This document shows positions 21,918 to 31,740 of a stretch of DNA of 64,000 bases, piece after piece. Numbering within the stretch: position 1 is the first letter of the stretch; every line of letters starts with the position of its first letter. The position numbers were made by a program, and so were the translations under genes. This stretch comes from Sphingobacteriales bacterium. Its GTDB lineage: Bacteria; Bacteroidota; Bacteroidia; Chitinophagales; JADIYW01. The stretch lies in assembly GCA_016721245.1 (NCBI GenBank), contig JADKIQ010000025.1, positions 327,583 to 391,582 of the forward strand, given 5' to 3'. Below the pieces are notes generated by a model. That model ran no database searches. It saw only the letters and a list, made by a program, of their open reading frames with translations, and was not told the origin of the DNA.

Positions 21918-22526
21918 ATGAAAAAAATATCTCTTATAATCATTGCATTAGGAATACTTTCGATAAACAACTCTTTTGCTCAAGACAGAAAAAAAAGCAA
22001 GAAAACTAAAAAATTCGACTATTCTGTAAGGCCTGTAGATAGAGAAGTGATATCGGATGTTGTAATCAGAGATTTAGATGGCAATATCATTTCAGATAAC
22101 AGAAAGATAGTAGTTGCAGATACGAGCTCAAGAATTGCGGATATACAAAACAAACCCATTATTGATGCAGCAGCAACATCAGAGCCAGAAACAACAAAAG
22201 AACCGGAAATATTTGACAGAGCAGAGGTCATGCCACAATTTCCGGGTGGTGTCGTGGCTATGATGAAATATTTGAAAGATAATTTAAAATACCCCTCAAT
22301 TGCCAAGGAAAATGGTCTGGAAGGAAAAGTTATTGTCAAATTTTATATTGATACTGACGGCTCTGTTAAAGAACCGATGATTTTGAAAGATGGTGTTGGC
22401 GGCGGTGCGGGTGAAGAGGCATTAAGGTTGGTAAACAATATGCCGAAATGGTCGCCTGCCACTCAAAGAGGAAAACCGGTAAAAGCGTTTTATACAATAC
22501 CTGTGATGTTTAGACTTGATTATTAA
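21918..22526 (+). CDS. TonB C-terminal domain protein
   Basis: 202-aa ORF with a signal/anchor and a TonB_C motif block (AEVMPQFPGGVVAMMKYLKDNLKYPSIAKENGLEGKVIVKFYIDTDGSV). Confidence 0.8.
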   Translation: MKKISLIIIALGILSINNSFAQDRKKSKKTKKFDYSVRPVDREVISDVVIRDLDGNIISDNRKIVVADTSSRIADIQNKPIIDAAATSEPETTKEPEIFDRAEVMPQFPGGVVAMMKYLKDNLKYPSIAKENGLEGKVIVKFYIDTDGSVKEPMILKDGVGGGAGEEALRLVNNMPKWSPATQRGKPVKAFYTIPVMFRLDY

Positions 22527-22570
22527 ACTAATTATCATTTTAATTGATTGCTCATAACTTATAAAATATC

Positions 22571-23698
22571 ATGAAGAGACTTCTGTCACAAATCATGCTG
22601 ATATTCCTGATGTATTTCAATGCATCAGCGCAGAATTCGGATATCAAACCTTACCATGATAAATTTGAACTGGCAAAAGATATATTAAACGCCATACAAA
22701 AAAAGGATATACATAAAACAGAAGCAATTGCTCATTCATTAACGATGCCTTACCATCTTTATATAAAAAATATACTTCCTACTTATAAAGAAGATAGCAA
22801 TGCAGTCGACTTTCCTGATAATGAGATTTATCCAACATCTTTATACATCACAGATTCTTCAATTTACAATAAATACGCATCTCATTTTTACTATGGAAAT
22901 CTGCTGCAATCCTTTTTAAATGAACAAGACAATAATACAGCTTATGGTTCAAACGTTTACCTGGTATTTGATAAAGAAGATAATATAATAAACGACGATG
23001 TTCATTCCAATTATATTGCTTTGTTATTTGACAATAAAGATTTCGTAAAAGTTATTAATCTGGAAGCACTGACAACTTTTAATAATACATTATACAGTAT
23101 GCGTCAGGCACAGTATCACTCTTACAGCAAAAACAAGCTTCCCGGCTACCTGAGAGAAAAGATGCCTGAAAGTGTAAATGTTTATAAGTTGATTTCAGGT
23201 GAATTTAAGAAACACACTAATGATATGCTGTTATTTGATAATATTGATTATACCAGCCTTGAAACGGAAGCAATTACTTTAAAAGCAGATGACGTACAAG
23301 TACAGCAAAGTAGTGTTAAAATTAAAAGTGAGGATGGAGATATCTCTAATAATGCACCTACATCAATGATGAATGCTGATATATTTGACAGAGCTGAAGT
23401 AATGCCTTCTTTTCAAAATGGTGCAAAAGGATTGACTAAATACCTGAAAGAAAATCTGAGATATCCTAAAACGGCCGTAAAAAACAAGATTGAAGGAAAG
23501 GTATGGGTTAAGTTTATTGTAGAAAAAGACGGAAGTATCAGTAACCCGGTAATTCTTAAAACAACTGTCGGAAGTGAATGTACGGATGAAGCATTGAGGC
23601 TGGTCAATAAAATGCCGAAATGGTGGCCCGGAAAACAAAATGGTAAAACCGTTAGCGTATATTATATTTTACCAATTACATTCAGCCTGAAAGATTAG
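22571..23698 (+). CDS. TonB C-terminal domain protein with a long N-terminal extension
   Basis: 375-aa ORF. Its C-terminal 90 aa are paralogous to the previous gene (AEVMPSFQNGAKGLTKYLKENLRYPKTAVKNKIEGKVWVKFIVEKDGSI). Confidence 0.75.
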   Translation: MKRLLSQIMLIFLMYFNASAQNSDIKPYHDKFELAKDILNAIQKKDIHKTEAIAHSLTMPYHLYIKNILPTYKEDSNAVDFPDNEIYPTSLYITDSSIYNKYASHFYYGNLLQSFLNEQDNNTAYGSNVYLVFDKEDNIINDDVHSNYIALLFDNKDFVKVINLEALTTFNNTLYSMRQAQYHSYSKNKLPGYLREKMPESVNVYKLISGEFKKHTNDMLLFDNIDYTSLETEAITLKADDVQVQQSSVKIKSEDGDISNNAPTSMMNADIFDRAEVMPSFQNGAKGLTKYLKENLRYPKTAVKNKIEGKVWVKFIVEKDGSISNPVILKTTVGSECTDEALRLVNKMPKWWPGKQNGKTVSVYYILPITFSLKD

Positions 23699-23739
23699 AT
23701 TGATTTAATGGATTCGTAAAACATTGTTATACTTCTGTA

Positions 23740-26610
23740 TTATTCAAATAAATAATCAATATCGTCCTGAGTCAGATTTTTTACAAAGCCATCTTCTTCG
23801 CTGATTAAGGCATCAGATGTAATTTGTTTTCGCTGCTGTATCTCAACAATTTTTTCTTCAATGGTATTTCTGCAAATCATCTTGTAGGCAAATACATTCT
23901 TTGTTTGACCGATGCGGTGTGTTCTGTCAATCGCCTGCTGTTCAATAGCGGCATTCCACCAAGGATCTACTAAGAAAACATAATCTGCGGCAGTTAAGTT
24001 GATACCGGCATTTCCGGTTTTCAAACTCATTAAGAATACATTGGTAGTGTCGTTTTCTTCCTGAAATTTAGCCACCAAATCTCTCCTTTCTTCCAGCTTT
24101 GTGTCGCCGTCGAAATGAAAGTACGGAATGTTGTTTTCCTGCAATCTTGCCGCAATCAGATGCAGCATCTCCTTAAATTGTGAAAACACCAGCACTTTGT
24201 TATCAGACAGATTATTCATCAGTTCATCCAGCAAGACATCTATCTTAACGGATGGTATATTTCCCGTCAGTTCCTCTTTAAGCAGTAACGGCGAACAACA
24301 TACTTGTCGCAATTTGATGATGCCTTGTAATACAGATAATTTACTTTTATTAAGTCCTTCATTTTTTATATTCAGGAATACACTTTTGCGGATGCTTTCT
24401 TTCACCGAATCGTAGACTTCCTGTTGCGCCTCTTCCATTTCACACCACAAAACCAGTTCTGTTTTTTCCGGTAAATCCTTTGCCACCTGTGCTTTGGTTC
24501 TGCGTAAGATAAACGGGTTCGTCAGCCTGTGTAATGCTTCTATTTTTTCGGCATTTTTATTTCTGTCGATTGGCAACACATACTCTTTGCGGAAAAATTC
24601 CTGCGAGCCTAAAAATCCGGGTAACAGATAATTTAATTGCGCGTATAAATCAAACGTGTTGTTGATGATGGGCGTACCACTCAAAGCTATCTTGTGTTTT
24701 GCAATCACCTGATAGACCGCTTTGGTCGACTGCGCATACAAGGTTTTTATGTTATGACTTTCATCCAGCACAATCGTATTCCAGAATACATTCTTCAGTT
24801 TATCTATATCGGCACGCAAAGTGGAATAGGCTGTAATCAGCACATTTGATTTTTGCGCCATGAAATCATCCATCTTACGGTTGTTGCCATAATACACAAA
24901 AGACGTCAGCGTTGGACAAAACTTTTGTAATTCCTGTTGCCAGTTATAAATCAGTGAACCCGGACAAACGATAATAAATTTCGCATCCTTTTGTTTTTCA
25001 TATTGAGAGGCGATAAAACAGATGGTTTGCAATGTTTTTCCCAAACCCATATCATCTGCCAGACAAACTCCGGCATGGATTTCCGAAAGCAATTTCATCC
25101 ATTCATATCCTTTTTGCTGGTAAGGACGCAGCGTTGCCTGCACTATCTTCGGCACTTGACACACGGTTTGATTCACATCCTGCCATTGCTGCCATCTCTG
25201 CCACCAGTCTCCGTCAATCACCAGCTTCAGTTCCTGCAATTGGGCTATTTCTCTGGCACTGATGAGCAGCCACTGAGGAAAAGATATCCTGCCTTTTTCA
25301 ATTTTGCTGTGATTAATAACGGCGCTGTAATTTGTAATCCATTCATCATCCAAAACACCAATGCTGTTATCTTTCAGCAATATATTTTTCTGGTTATTAT
25401 AAAGGATTTTCTGAATTTCATTCGGATTTACTTTCTCGTCACCGAAGCTGATTTCAATATCCGCCTCAATCAGAAAATCTGTCGTTTTAATATTCGACAA
25501 GTCTGTTTTTACAGGGTATTGGGAATACCTGAAATGGCGCAGCATATCCATCCCGATCAGTTCCACATTCTCTTCCAGCAGTTTATGATAGGTCTTTAAA
25601 AACCAGTTTTTCTTTTTTGCCTCATCAAACGGAAGATAAAAATACCCGTTAAATTGTTTGGCAAAATTAGGATGCAGCTCCTTAATGCTATTTACAAACT
25701 GCTGTTCCTTCTCTTTGCTGCGTTTGATGCAATACAATTCTCCGCCAATGCTCATCTCGTGTTCTTCCTTAAATTCCCCTTCCAGCAATACGTCTTCGTA
25801 TTTCCATTGCGGCGTTAGCATCAGAAAAGAGCCACTGTTGATTTCGCTTAATAAAATGCAGTTTACAGGTTCTACTTCTATTACTTTCTTTTCAAAAATG
25901 CCATCTTTCTTTACCAGATACTTCAGCTCCAGATGCTTGATAATATGAGAAGTGAAGTGCGCCGGATTATTACCGTATCGTTCCGGTTTTACCTCCTGCA
26001 GCCAATCCAGCATTTGTGCATCCGCAGCGGAAAAAAAATAATATACATTACCGTACTCCAGCAAAAAATTATTGCGATTAAAATGAGACAACTCCACTTC
26101 CTTTTCTTCAATATTTACCCAACACATAATGGAAAGGCTGCCATCAATGAGTTTTACTACTTCAAACCATATTTTAGGAACCGCTTCCGAAAATTTGCAG
26201 GGGGCCGTCAGCAGATTATTGGTTTTCGGATTCAAGGTCTTGTGAAAGATGGCAATGCTATCCTGTACTTTTGCTAATTCCTGAAAATATTTCTGCAAAT
26301 CTCGGTTCATTGCTTTGGACAGATATTGCTCAAGTGATGCCCCTGATTTTTGCTTTTTAAAAAATTTCGAATGTTCGGATGCCTGGAATTTCAGACTTTC
26401 AAACGTAAAGTTGTCCAATGCCACATTTACACCAACAGGAAATGTTCTTCTGTACAGCTGCAGGACTTCGGAATTCAGCTTTTCGTAGGAATATTTTGTC
26501 TCCGCCTTTGTTTTTATAATCTTCAGTATTTCAAATGCAGTTAAGAAATCCTTCAATTTCAAAGGATTGAAGCAAAAAGATATTTTCAGAACAGGTTTTT
26601 CGTAAGCCAT
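23740..26610 (-). CDS. SNF2-family DEAD/DEAH helicase
   Basis: It has the LRPYQQKGYEWM, DDMGLGKT, DESHNIK and QAIDRTHRIGQ motifs. The ORF track starts at the TTG at 26625; the ATG at 26610 is the more likely start. Confidence 0.88.
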   Translation of the reverse strand: MAYEKPVLKISFCFNPLKLKDFLTAFEILKIIKTKAETKYSYEKLNSEVLQLYRRTFPVGVNVALDNFTFESLKFQASEHSKFFKKQKSGASLEQYLSKAMNRDLQKYFQELAKVQDSIAIFHKTLNPKTNNLLTAPCKFSEAVPKIWFEVVKLIDGSLSIMCWVNIEEKEVELSHFNRNNFLLEYGNVYYFFSAADAQMLDWLQEVKPERYGNNPAHFTSHIIKHLELKYLVKKDGIFEKKVIEVEPVNCILLSEINSGSFLMLTPQWKYEDVLLEGEFKEEHEMSIGGELYCIKRSKEKEQQFVNSIKELHPNFAKQFNGYFYLPFDEAKKKNWFLKTYHKLLEENVELIGMDMLRHFRYSQYPVKTDLSNIKTTDFLIEADIEISFGDEKVNPNEIQKILYNNQKNILLKDNSIGVLDDEWITNYSAVINHSKIEKGRISFPQWLLISAREIAQLQELKLVIDGDWWQRWQQWQDVNQTVCQVPKIVQATLRPYQQKGYEWMKLLSEIHAGVCLADDMGLGKTLQTICFIASQYEKQKDAKFIIVCPGSLIYNWQQELQKFCPTLTSFVYYGNNRKMDDFMAQKSNVLITAYSTLRADIDKLKNVFWNTIVLDESHNIKTLYAQSTKAVYQVIAKHKIALSGTPIINNTFDLYAQLNYLLPGFLGSQEFFRKEYVLPIDRNKNAEKIEALHRLTNPFILRRTKAQVAKDLPEKTELVLWCEMEEAQQEVYDSVKESIRKSVFLNIKNEGLNKSKLSVLQGIIKLRQVCCSPLLLKEELTGNIPSVKIDVLLDELMNNLSDNKVLVFSQFKEMLHLIAARLQENNIPYFHFDGDTKLEERRDLVAKFQEENDTTNVFLMSLKTGNAGINLTAADYVFLVDPWWNAAIEQQAIDRTHRIGQTKNVFAYKMICRNTIEEKIVEIQQRKQITSDALISEEDGFVKNLTQDDIDYLFE

Positions 26611-26901
26611 AATTAGTAAGCGCAAAGGTGAATTTTATTTAGCAAAAAAATGCGTTTCTATGTTAAAAAATAGGCAATATTTAATCCACATTCACCTAAC
26701 GTCTTAACATTATGTTTCTGTAATTTACCGCCATCGGTCAACTAGCTGCATTAGTGTAGAGCTTTGATGTCTTTTGCGTATTTATGACGAATTCTCATCC
26801 AAAATTGCCGAATACTAAATTGCAGGTGTTCTTATTTGAGTGATTATATATTTTCAACCTGATTTTACGACAGAAACATATAAACATTAAAAATACAGCT
26901 C

Positions 26902-27072
26902 ATGGATGCTAAAGAATTTGAATTACCGATTGAAGGCTCTCTTGGCAAATTAGCTTTATTACATTCCGGGCAACCAAAAGAAACTAAAACATCTTTTTCT
27001 TCAGATAAAGCCGTTAAAAAAACCAAAACTGTAAAGAAAAATAATTTGCCTGCAGCAAAAAAGAGAAAATAA
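26902..27072 (+). CDS. possible small lysine-rich protein (56 aa)
   Basis: An ATG..TAA ORF below the 60-aa track threshold (MDAKEFELPIEGSLGKLALLHSGQPKETK...KKRK) sits in an otherwise empty 470-bp gap. No homology was recognised. Confidence 0.3.
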   Translation: MDAKEFELPIEGSLGKLALLHSGQPKETKTSFSSDKAVKKTKTVKKNNLPAAKKRK

Positions 27073-27097
27073 GAAGGAAAATTATCTGTAAGAAAAA

Positions 27098-27715
27098 TTA
27101 CTTATAATCCGAAATGGATAATCTCTGTTCACAAAAACTGTATTCATACTCCTGATTTGAACCAATAATGACCAAACGGTCTTTTGTATAATTTTCCATC
27201 AAATTCAAATACCAGTCAATTGCTTTTGTATCAAAGTTAGAAGTTGGTTCATCCAGCAATAAAACCTGAGAATCTGTCAGAAATGCGAGCGATAATTTCA
27301 AACGCTGTTTCATCCCGGAAGAAAAATTCTTAATGTACTTTTTCTTGTGAATGCCTAATTGTGAAATCTCAAAGAATTCTTCTTTATTCGCTGATTTCAT
27401 CTTCTTAAAGGAAGCGTGAAAATCGTACAACTCTTCCAGCGAAAAATCTTCTATCAAAGAAATATAAGGTGCAGCAAAGGCAATTTCTTTAACCATATCA
27501 ATATCATCCGTTACGCGTTTATGTTGAATAGAACAAGTTAGTTTACCGGATGTTGGCACCAAGCCACCTGAAATTACTTTCAGCAAAGTTGATTTACCAC
27601 TACCATTAGGACCAACTATAGCGTATCGCTGACTGGGTTCAAACTGATAATTTATTTGTTTGAAAATCCATTCAAAACCATAACGTTTACTGATATTTTC
27701 GAGCTGTATAATCAA
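27098..27715 (-). CDS. ABC transporter ATP-binding protein
   Basis: 205-aa ORF with Walker A (GPNGSGKST), the signature motif (FSSGMKQRL) and Walker B (LLLDEP). Confidence 0.85.
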   Translation of the reverse strand: MIIQLENISKRYGFEWIFKQINYQFEPSQRYAIVGPNGSGKSTLLKVISGGLVPTSGKLTCSIQHKRVTDDIDMVKEIAFAAPYISLIEDFSLEELYDFHASFKKMKSANKEEFFEISQLGIHKKKYIKNFSSGMKQRLKLSLAFLTDSQVLLLDEPTSNFDTKAIDWYLNLMENYTKDRLVIIGSNQEYEYSFCEQRLSISDYK

Positions 27716-27720
27716 ACCGC

Positions 27721-28353
27721 TTAATCTATTCCTTTAATAATTCCTCTGTCCGAAGTTTTTATAAAATTCAGGATATAATCACGTAATGCAGACGGAGGAA
27801 TTTCTTCTGTAATCTTTTGTAATGCCTGAGAGGTATTTAACCCCTTATTGCCAAAAATAAAGCGGTAAGCATCCTGTATCATATGTATTTCTTCTGCTGT
27901 AAAATTATGACGTTTTAATCCAACAGAATTAATGTAATCTTCAATTGTAACATGTCCGGCTAAATTTGTTGAATTCGCCAGGATACAATGTTCGCCAATG
28001 ATGCAATCATGTGCCACATGCACGTACGCCATCAGCATGGTGTCATTACCTACTTTAGTGGTACCACTGGCCTCAGTACCGCGGTTCACCGTGGCACATT
28101 CGCGTATCACCACCCTGTCTCCTATTTCTACAAGAGAAGTTTCTCCGTGAAACTTTAAATCCTGAGGAATGGCACCAATTACGGCACCCGGAAAAATCTT
28201 ACAATCCTTCCCGATTCTGGAACCGGGAAAAATAGACACATTCGGACCAATCCAGGTATTATCACCAATAATCACATTTTCGTAAATGGAAGAAAAGTGT
28301 TCTACCTTTACGTTGGTTCCTAATTGTGCTTCGGGATGTATGAAATTATTCAA
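27721..28353 (-). CDS. lpxA: acyl-ACP--UDP-GlcNAc O-acyltransferase LpxA, about 50 aa shorter than usual
   Basis: It has hexapeptide repeats, the AIPQDLKF and VHVAHDC motifs, and a C-terminal helical domain (NSVGLKRHNFTAEEI...RGIIKG). It is 210 aa against the usual ~260 aa, and the start is TTG. Confidence 0.8.
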   Translation of the reverse strand: MNNFIHPEAQLGTNVKVEHFSSIYENVIIGDNTWIGPNVSIFPGSRIGKDCKIFPGAVIGAIPQDLKFHGETSLVEIGDRVVIRECATVNRGTEASGTTKVGNDTMLMAYVHVAHDCIIGEHCILANSTNLAGHVTIEDYINSVGLKRHNFTAEEIHMIQDAYRFIFGNKGLNTSQALQKITEEIPPSALRDYILNFIKTSDRGIIKGID

Positions 28354-28367
28354 CGGATGTATTTATA

Positions 28368-28375
28368 CAAAGATA
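28368..28375 (-). promoter_or_regulatory. TAnnTTTG promoter-like motif in the lpxC-lpxA spacer
   Basis: The minus strand reads TATCTTTG, 14 nt upstream of the lpxA TTG start. Confidence 0.25.
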
Positions 28376-28407
28376 GTGTTTTGTATGATTTTTTAATACA
28401 GCGTTAA

Positions 28408-29340
28408 TTAGAAGGAATGTTCTGCCATCACATCAATATATTTCTCCGACAGAAATTGAGCAAATTTACTGTTGGAAGTATGTCCGGGCTTATAGGCAAT
28501 TAATTTACCCTTAAAGTAGGTTTGGGTTAAAGCTAAATCTCCTATAACATCCAGTAATTTATGACGTGCTGCTTCGTTATCAAATGTTTGATACAATGGA
28601 TTTAAAATACCCATTTCCGGAATGGAATTAGCTGACTGATGGAATGTTTTTGCCAGCCATTGTATTTTTTCTTTGCTTAAGGCTGATTCGGAAAAAACAA
28701 GTGCATTGTTTAAGTTACCGCCTTTTATCAGTCCTTTATTGTACAAAAATTCAATTTCATGTAAAAAGCAAAATGTTTTAGCCGTTCCGATTTCTTCCGC
28801 ATATTCTCTTATATCGTTCAATACGGCATACTGATGTTTAATCATTTTGGATGGAAAATCGATTAAGCAGGTAACGGAAAAATCTTCATGAGGGAGAAAA
28901 ATATACTCCGCTCCTGTTTGTTCATCTTTCCATTCAATCACATCATGAATGATATATCTCTTTTTAGATTGCTGTAATTCAATAATATTTTCATCCGTCA
29001 GGCTGTCCAGATAAAATTTAGAACTGCCGTCTAAAATAGGAACTTCTTTGTTATCAATTTCTACCAAGGCATTATCTACGCCCAACGCGTAAAAAGCAGA
29101 TAATAAATGTTCTACAGTAATAACTTCGGCATCATGTTTTTTGATGGTAGTGCTTCTGTCTGTGTTAGAAACATTATGGCTTCTTGCAGGAATATATAAA
29201 GTAGGATTAATGTCTGTTCTGCAGAATTGAATTCCAAAATTCTCCGGTGCCGGTTTAATAGTGACATTTGCTGTTAAACCTGTGTGCAATCCAACTCCTG
29301 AAAATTGAATCGGACGGACGATTGTTTTTTGTAAACTCAA
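28408..29340 (-). CDS. lpxC: UDP-3-O-acyl-GlcNAc deacetylase LpxC (no FabZ domain)
   Basis: 310-aa ORF with the FSGVGLHTG, TVEHLLSA and AARHKLLDVIGDL motifs. It ends about 15 aa after the LpxC core. The start is TTG. Confidence 0.85.
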   Translation of the reverse strand: MSLQKTIVRPIQFSGVGLHTGLTANVTIKPAPENFGIQFCRTDINPTLYIPARSHNVSNTDRSTTIKKHDAEVITVEHLLSAFYALGVDNALVEIDNKEVPILDGSSKFYLDSLTDENIIELQQSKKRYIIHDVIEWKDEQTGAEYIFLPHEDFSVTCLIDFPSKMIKHQYAVLNDIREYAEEIGTAKTFCFLHEIEFLYNKGLIKGGNLNNALVFSESALSKEKIQWLAKTFHQSANSIPEMGILNPLYQTFDNEAARHKLLDVIGDLALTQTYFKGKLIAYKPGHTSNSKFAQFLSEKYIDVMAEHSF

Positions 29341-29410
29341 GACATAGGCATTAGTTGTGAAAAATAAAACCTAACAAATATAAAACTAAAAACTGAGGAA
29401 TTTATGGCAA

Positions 29411-30379
29411 TTATGTGTTTTTTAGCCTGTTTAATTCAGCCTCCAATTCTCTTACTTTTCTTTCCAGTTCCGGTAAATTCTTATAAACCACCGTTGATTT
29501 AAAATGTTGTTTAATATCTATCACCGGAGTTCCTGAGAGAATTAAACCTTCTTTCTTAATATGTGAAGCAACGGCACTTTGCGCGTTTATCTTGGTGTAT
29601 GGAGCCACTACAATATGTCCGACAAAACCCACCTGACCGCCAATCATGTTGTGATGTCCGATTTTAGTGCTGCCGGAAATGCCGGTTTGGGCTGCAATAA
29701 CAGTATGTTCACCAATCTCTACATTATGTGCCACCTGAATCAGATTATCCAATTTAACGCCTTTTCTGATAATGGTAGAACCCATTGTTGCTCTGTCAAC
29801 ACAAGTATTGGCACCAATCTCGCAATTGTCTTCAATAATTACATTACCCAGCTGTGGGATTTTATGAAAGGTGCCGTCTTCAATCGGTGCAAATCCGAAA
29901 CCATCACTGCCGATTACCGCACCGGAGTGCAAAATGCAATTATTACCAATGACACAATGCGCGTTAATGGTAACATTCGGATATAAAATACAATTATCCC
30001 CAATACTAACGTTTTCGCCTATGTATACAAAAGGATACACATGAACGTTCGTTCCTATTTTTGCAGATGTATGCACAAATGCTTTATCAGAAATTTCAGT
30101 GGTAATAACCACATTAAACAACGAAAGTACTTTTGTAAATGCTTCATACGCATCTTTCACCAGAATAAAATTTCCGCTCATTTTATCAGAAAATAATTCT
30201 TTCGAAATGACAATGCAGCCTGCTTGTGTTGTGCTTACGTAATCCAGGTATTTATTGTTTGCCAGAAATGTAATATGACCGGCTTGTGCTTCTTCAATTT
30301 TAGCAGGAAAAGAAATAGTGTGCTGTGCATTTCCTACAACTTCTCCGTTTATCTTATCTGCAATTTCGTGTATTGTCAT
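29411..30379 (-). CDS. lpxD: UDP-3-O-acylglucosamine N-acyltransferase
   Basis: 322-aa ORF with an N-terminal LpxD domain, a hexapeptide left-handed beta-helix and a C-terminal coiled helix. Confidence 0.88.
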   Translation of the reverse strand: MTIHEIADKINGEVVGNAQHTISFPAKIEEAQAGHITFLANNKYLDYVSTTQAGCIVISKELFSDKMSGNFILVKDAYEAFTKVLSLFNVVITTEISDKAFVHTSAKIGTNVHVYPFVYIGENVSIGDNCILYPNVTINAHCVIGNNCILHSGAVIGSDGFGFAPIEDGTFHKIPQLGNVIIEDNCEIGANTCVDRATMGSTIIRKGVKLDNLIQVAHNVEIGEHTVIAAQTGISGSTKIGHHNMIGGQVGFVGHIVVAPYTKINAQSAVASHIKKEGLILSGTPVIDIKQHFKSTVVYKNLPELERKVRELEAELNRLKNT

Positions 30380-30381
30380 TC

Positions 30382-31581
30382 CTATTTACTTTTAGGATAA
30401 GCAATATAATGTTTTACCACCGGATTGGAAAGCGAACGTATGTTCCATTGCTCTGTAATGTCTGTAATCTCTTTAATACTACCATCCTTAAACTTGATGT
30501 AAATATTATCTTTTGAAGGATTGTACGCATTATTTTGCGCAGCACCTTTTAAGACCAGAAAACGCATTTCTTCTTCAGAATATTTATTTTTTAAAGTATC
30601 GTATTTCTCCGCTGCCTTCTCCTCTTCCACGAATTCAATCTTAAATAATTTTCGATTGATAATAGAAGTTGACAAGGTTTTCAGGATAACATCTTCACTG
30701 TTCATCCACACTTTTAATGCCTGAAAAATATCATAATCATCCAAAGCTGCAAACTTTGTGAGATGTTCATCAAAATCATTTACCGTAAGTGTATTTGATA
30801 AAAAGAAATTCAGATTCGCAGAAATTTCAGACTGCTTATTGTTTCCTCTGTATACTTCTTTTGCCCTCAGCACCGCATTCTTCAGCATCAAATCTGCCAC
30901 CAGACTGGTTTTATGCAAATACACCTGCCAGTACATCAATCGGCGCGCCACAATAAATTTCTCGATAGAATAAATTCCTTTTTCTTCCACCACAATATTA
31001 TCATCATGCACATCCAGCATGTTGATGATTCTGTCGTAACCCACCACTCCTTCGCTCACGCCGCTGTAAAACGAGTCGCGATTCAGGTAATCCAGCCTGT
31101 CCATATCCAGTTGCCCGCTCACCAGCTGATACAAAAATCTCTTCGGATACTGATTGGTAAAAATCTGAATCGCCATTTCGATAGGTTTACCGAATTCCTT
31201 TTGCAGATTTTGCATCAGCAGCATCGAAATATGTTCATGATGTAAATCTTCCACCAACACCCCTTCCAGAGCATGCGAGAAAGGACCATGCCCCAAATCA
31301 TGCATCAAAATGGCCAGCACCGCTGCTTTTGATTCATCTTCCGTAATCTCTTGCCCTTTTGATTTTAACACCTCCAGACTTCTGTACATGAGGTGCATGG
31401 CACCTAAGGAATGATGAAAACGGGAATGTGTGGCACCCGGATATACCAGTGAACTTAATCCCAACTGCTGAATTCTGCGCAAACGCTGAAAATACGGATG
31501 CTCTATAACATCAAAAACGATATCATATGGAATTGAAATAAAACCATAAACCGGGTCGTTAAATATTTTTCGTTTGTTCAT
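30382..31581 (-). CDS. HD-domain phosphohydrolase
   Basis: 399-aa ORF with the HSRFHHSLG and [10 protein letters not shown] motifs. Its position upstream of lpxD is typical of Bacteroidota. Confidence 0.8.
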   Translation of the reverse strand: MNKRKIFNDPVYGFISIPYDIVFDVIEHPYFQRLRRIQQLGLSSLVYPGATHSRFHHSLGAMHLMYRSLEVLKSKGQEITEDESKAAVLAILMHDLGHGPFSHALEGVLVEDLHHEHISMLLMQNLQKEFGKPIEMAIQIFTNQYPKRFLYQLVSGQLDMDRLDYLNRDSFYSGVSEGVVGYDRIINMLDVHDDNIVVEEKGIYSIEKFIVARRLMYWQVYLHKTSLVADLMLKNAVLRAKEVYRGNNKQSEISANLNFFLSNTLTVNDFDEHLTKFAALDDYDIFQALKVWMNSEDVILKTLSTSIINRKLFKIEFVEEEKAAEKYDTLKNKYSEEEMRFLVLKGAAQNNAYNPSKDNIYIKFKDGSIKEITDITEQWNIRSLSNPVVKHYIAYPKSK

Positions 31582-31740
31582 TTAAATAGCCGTGAGTCGC
31601 AAGTCGTGAGTTATATGCGTAAAAATAAGAATCAAAATTCACATTTTTTAATACAATATAATTTGTATTTTGTGGTTAAAGTGAGTTATTGCATAAAAGA
31701 ACTTACTTACGACTTATTACTCACGACTTACAACTAAAAT

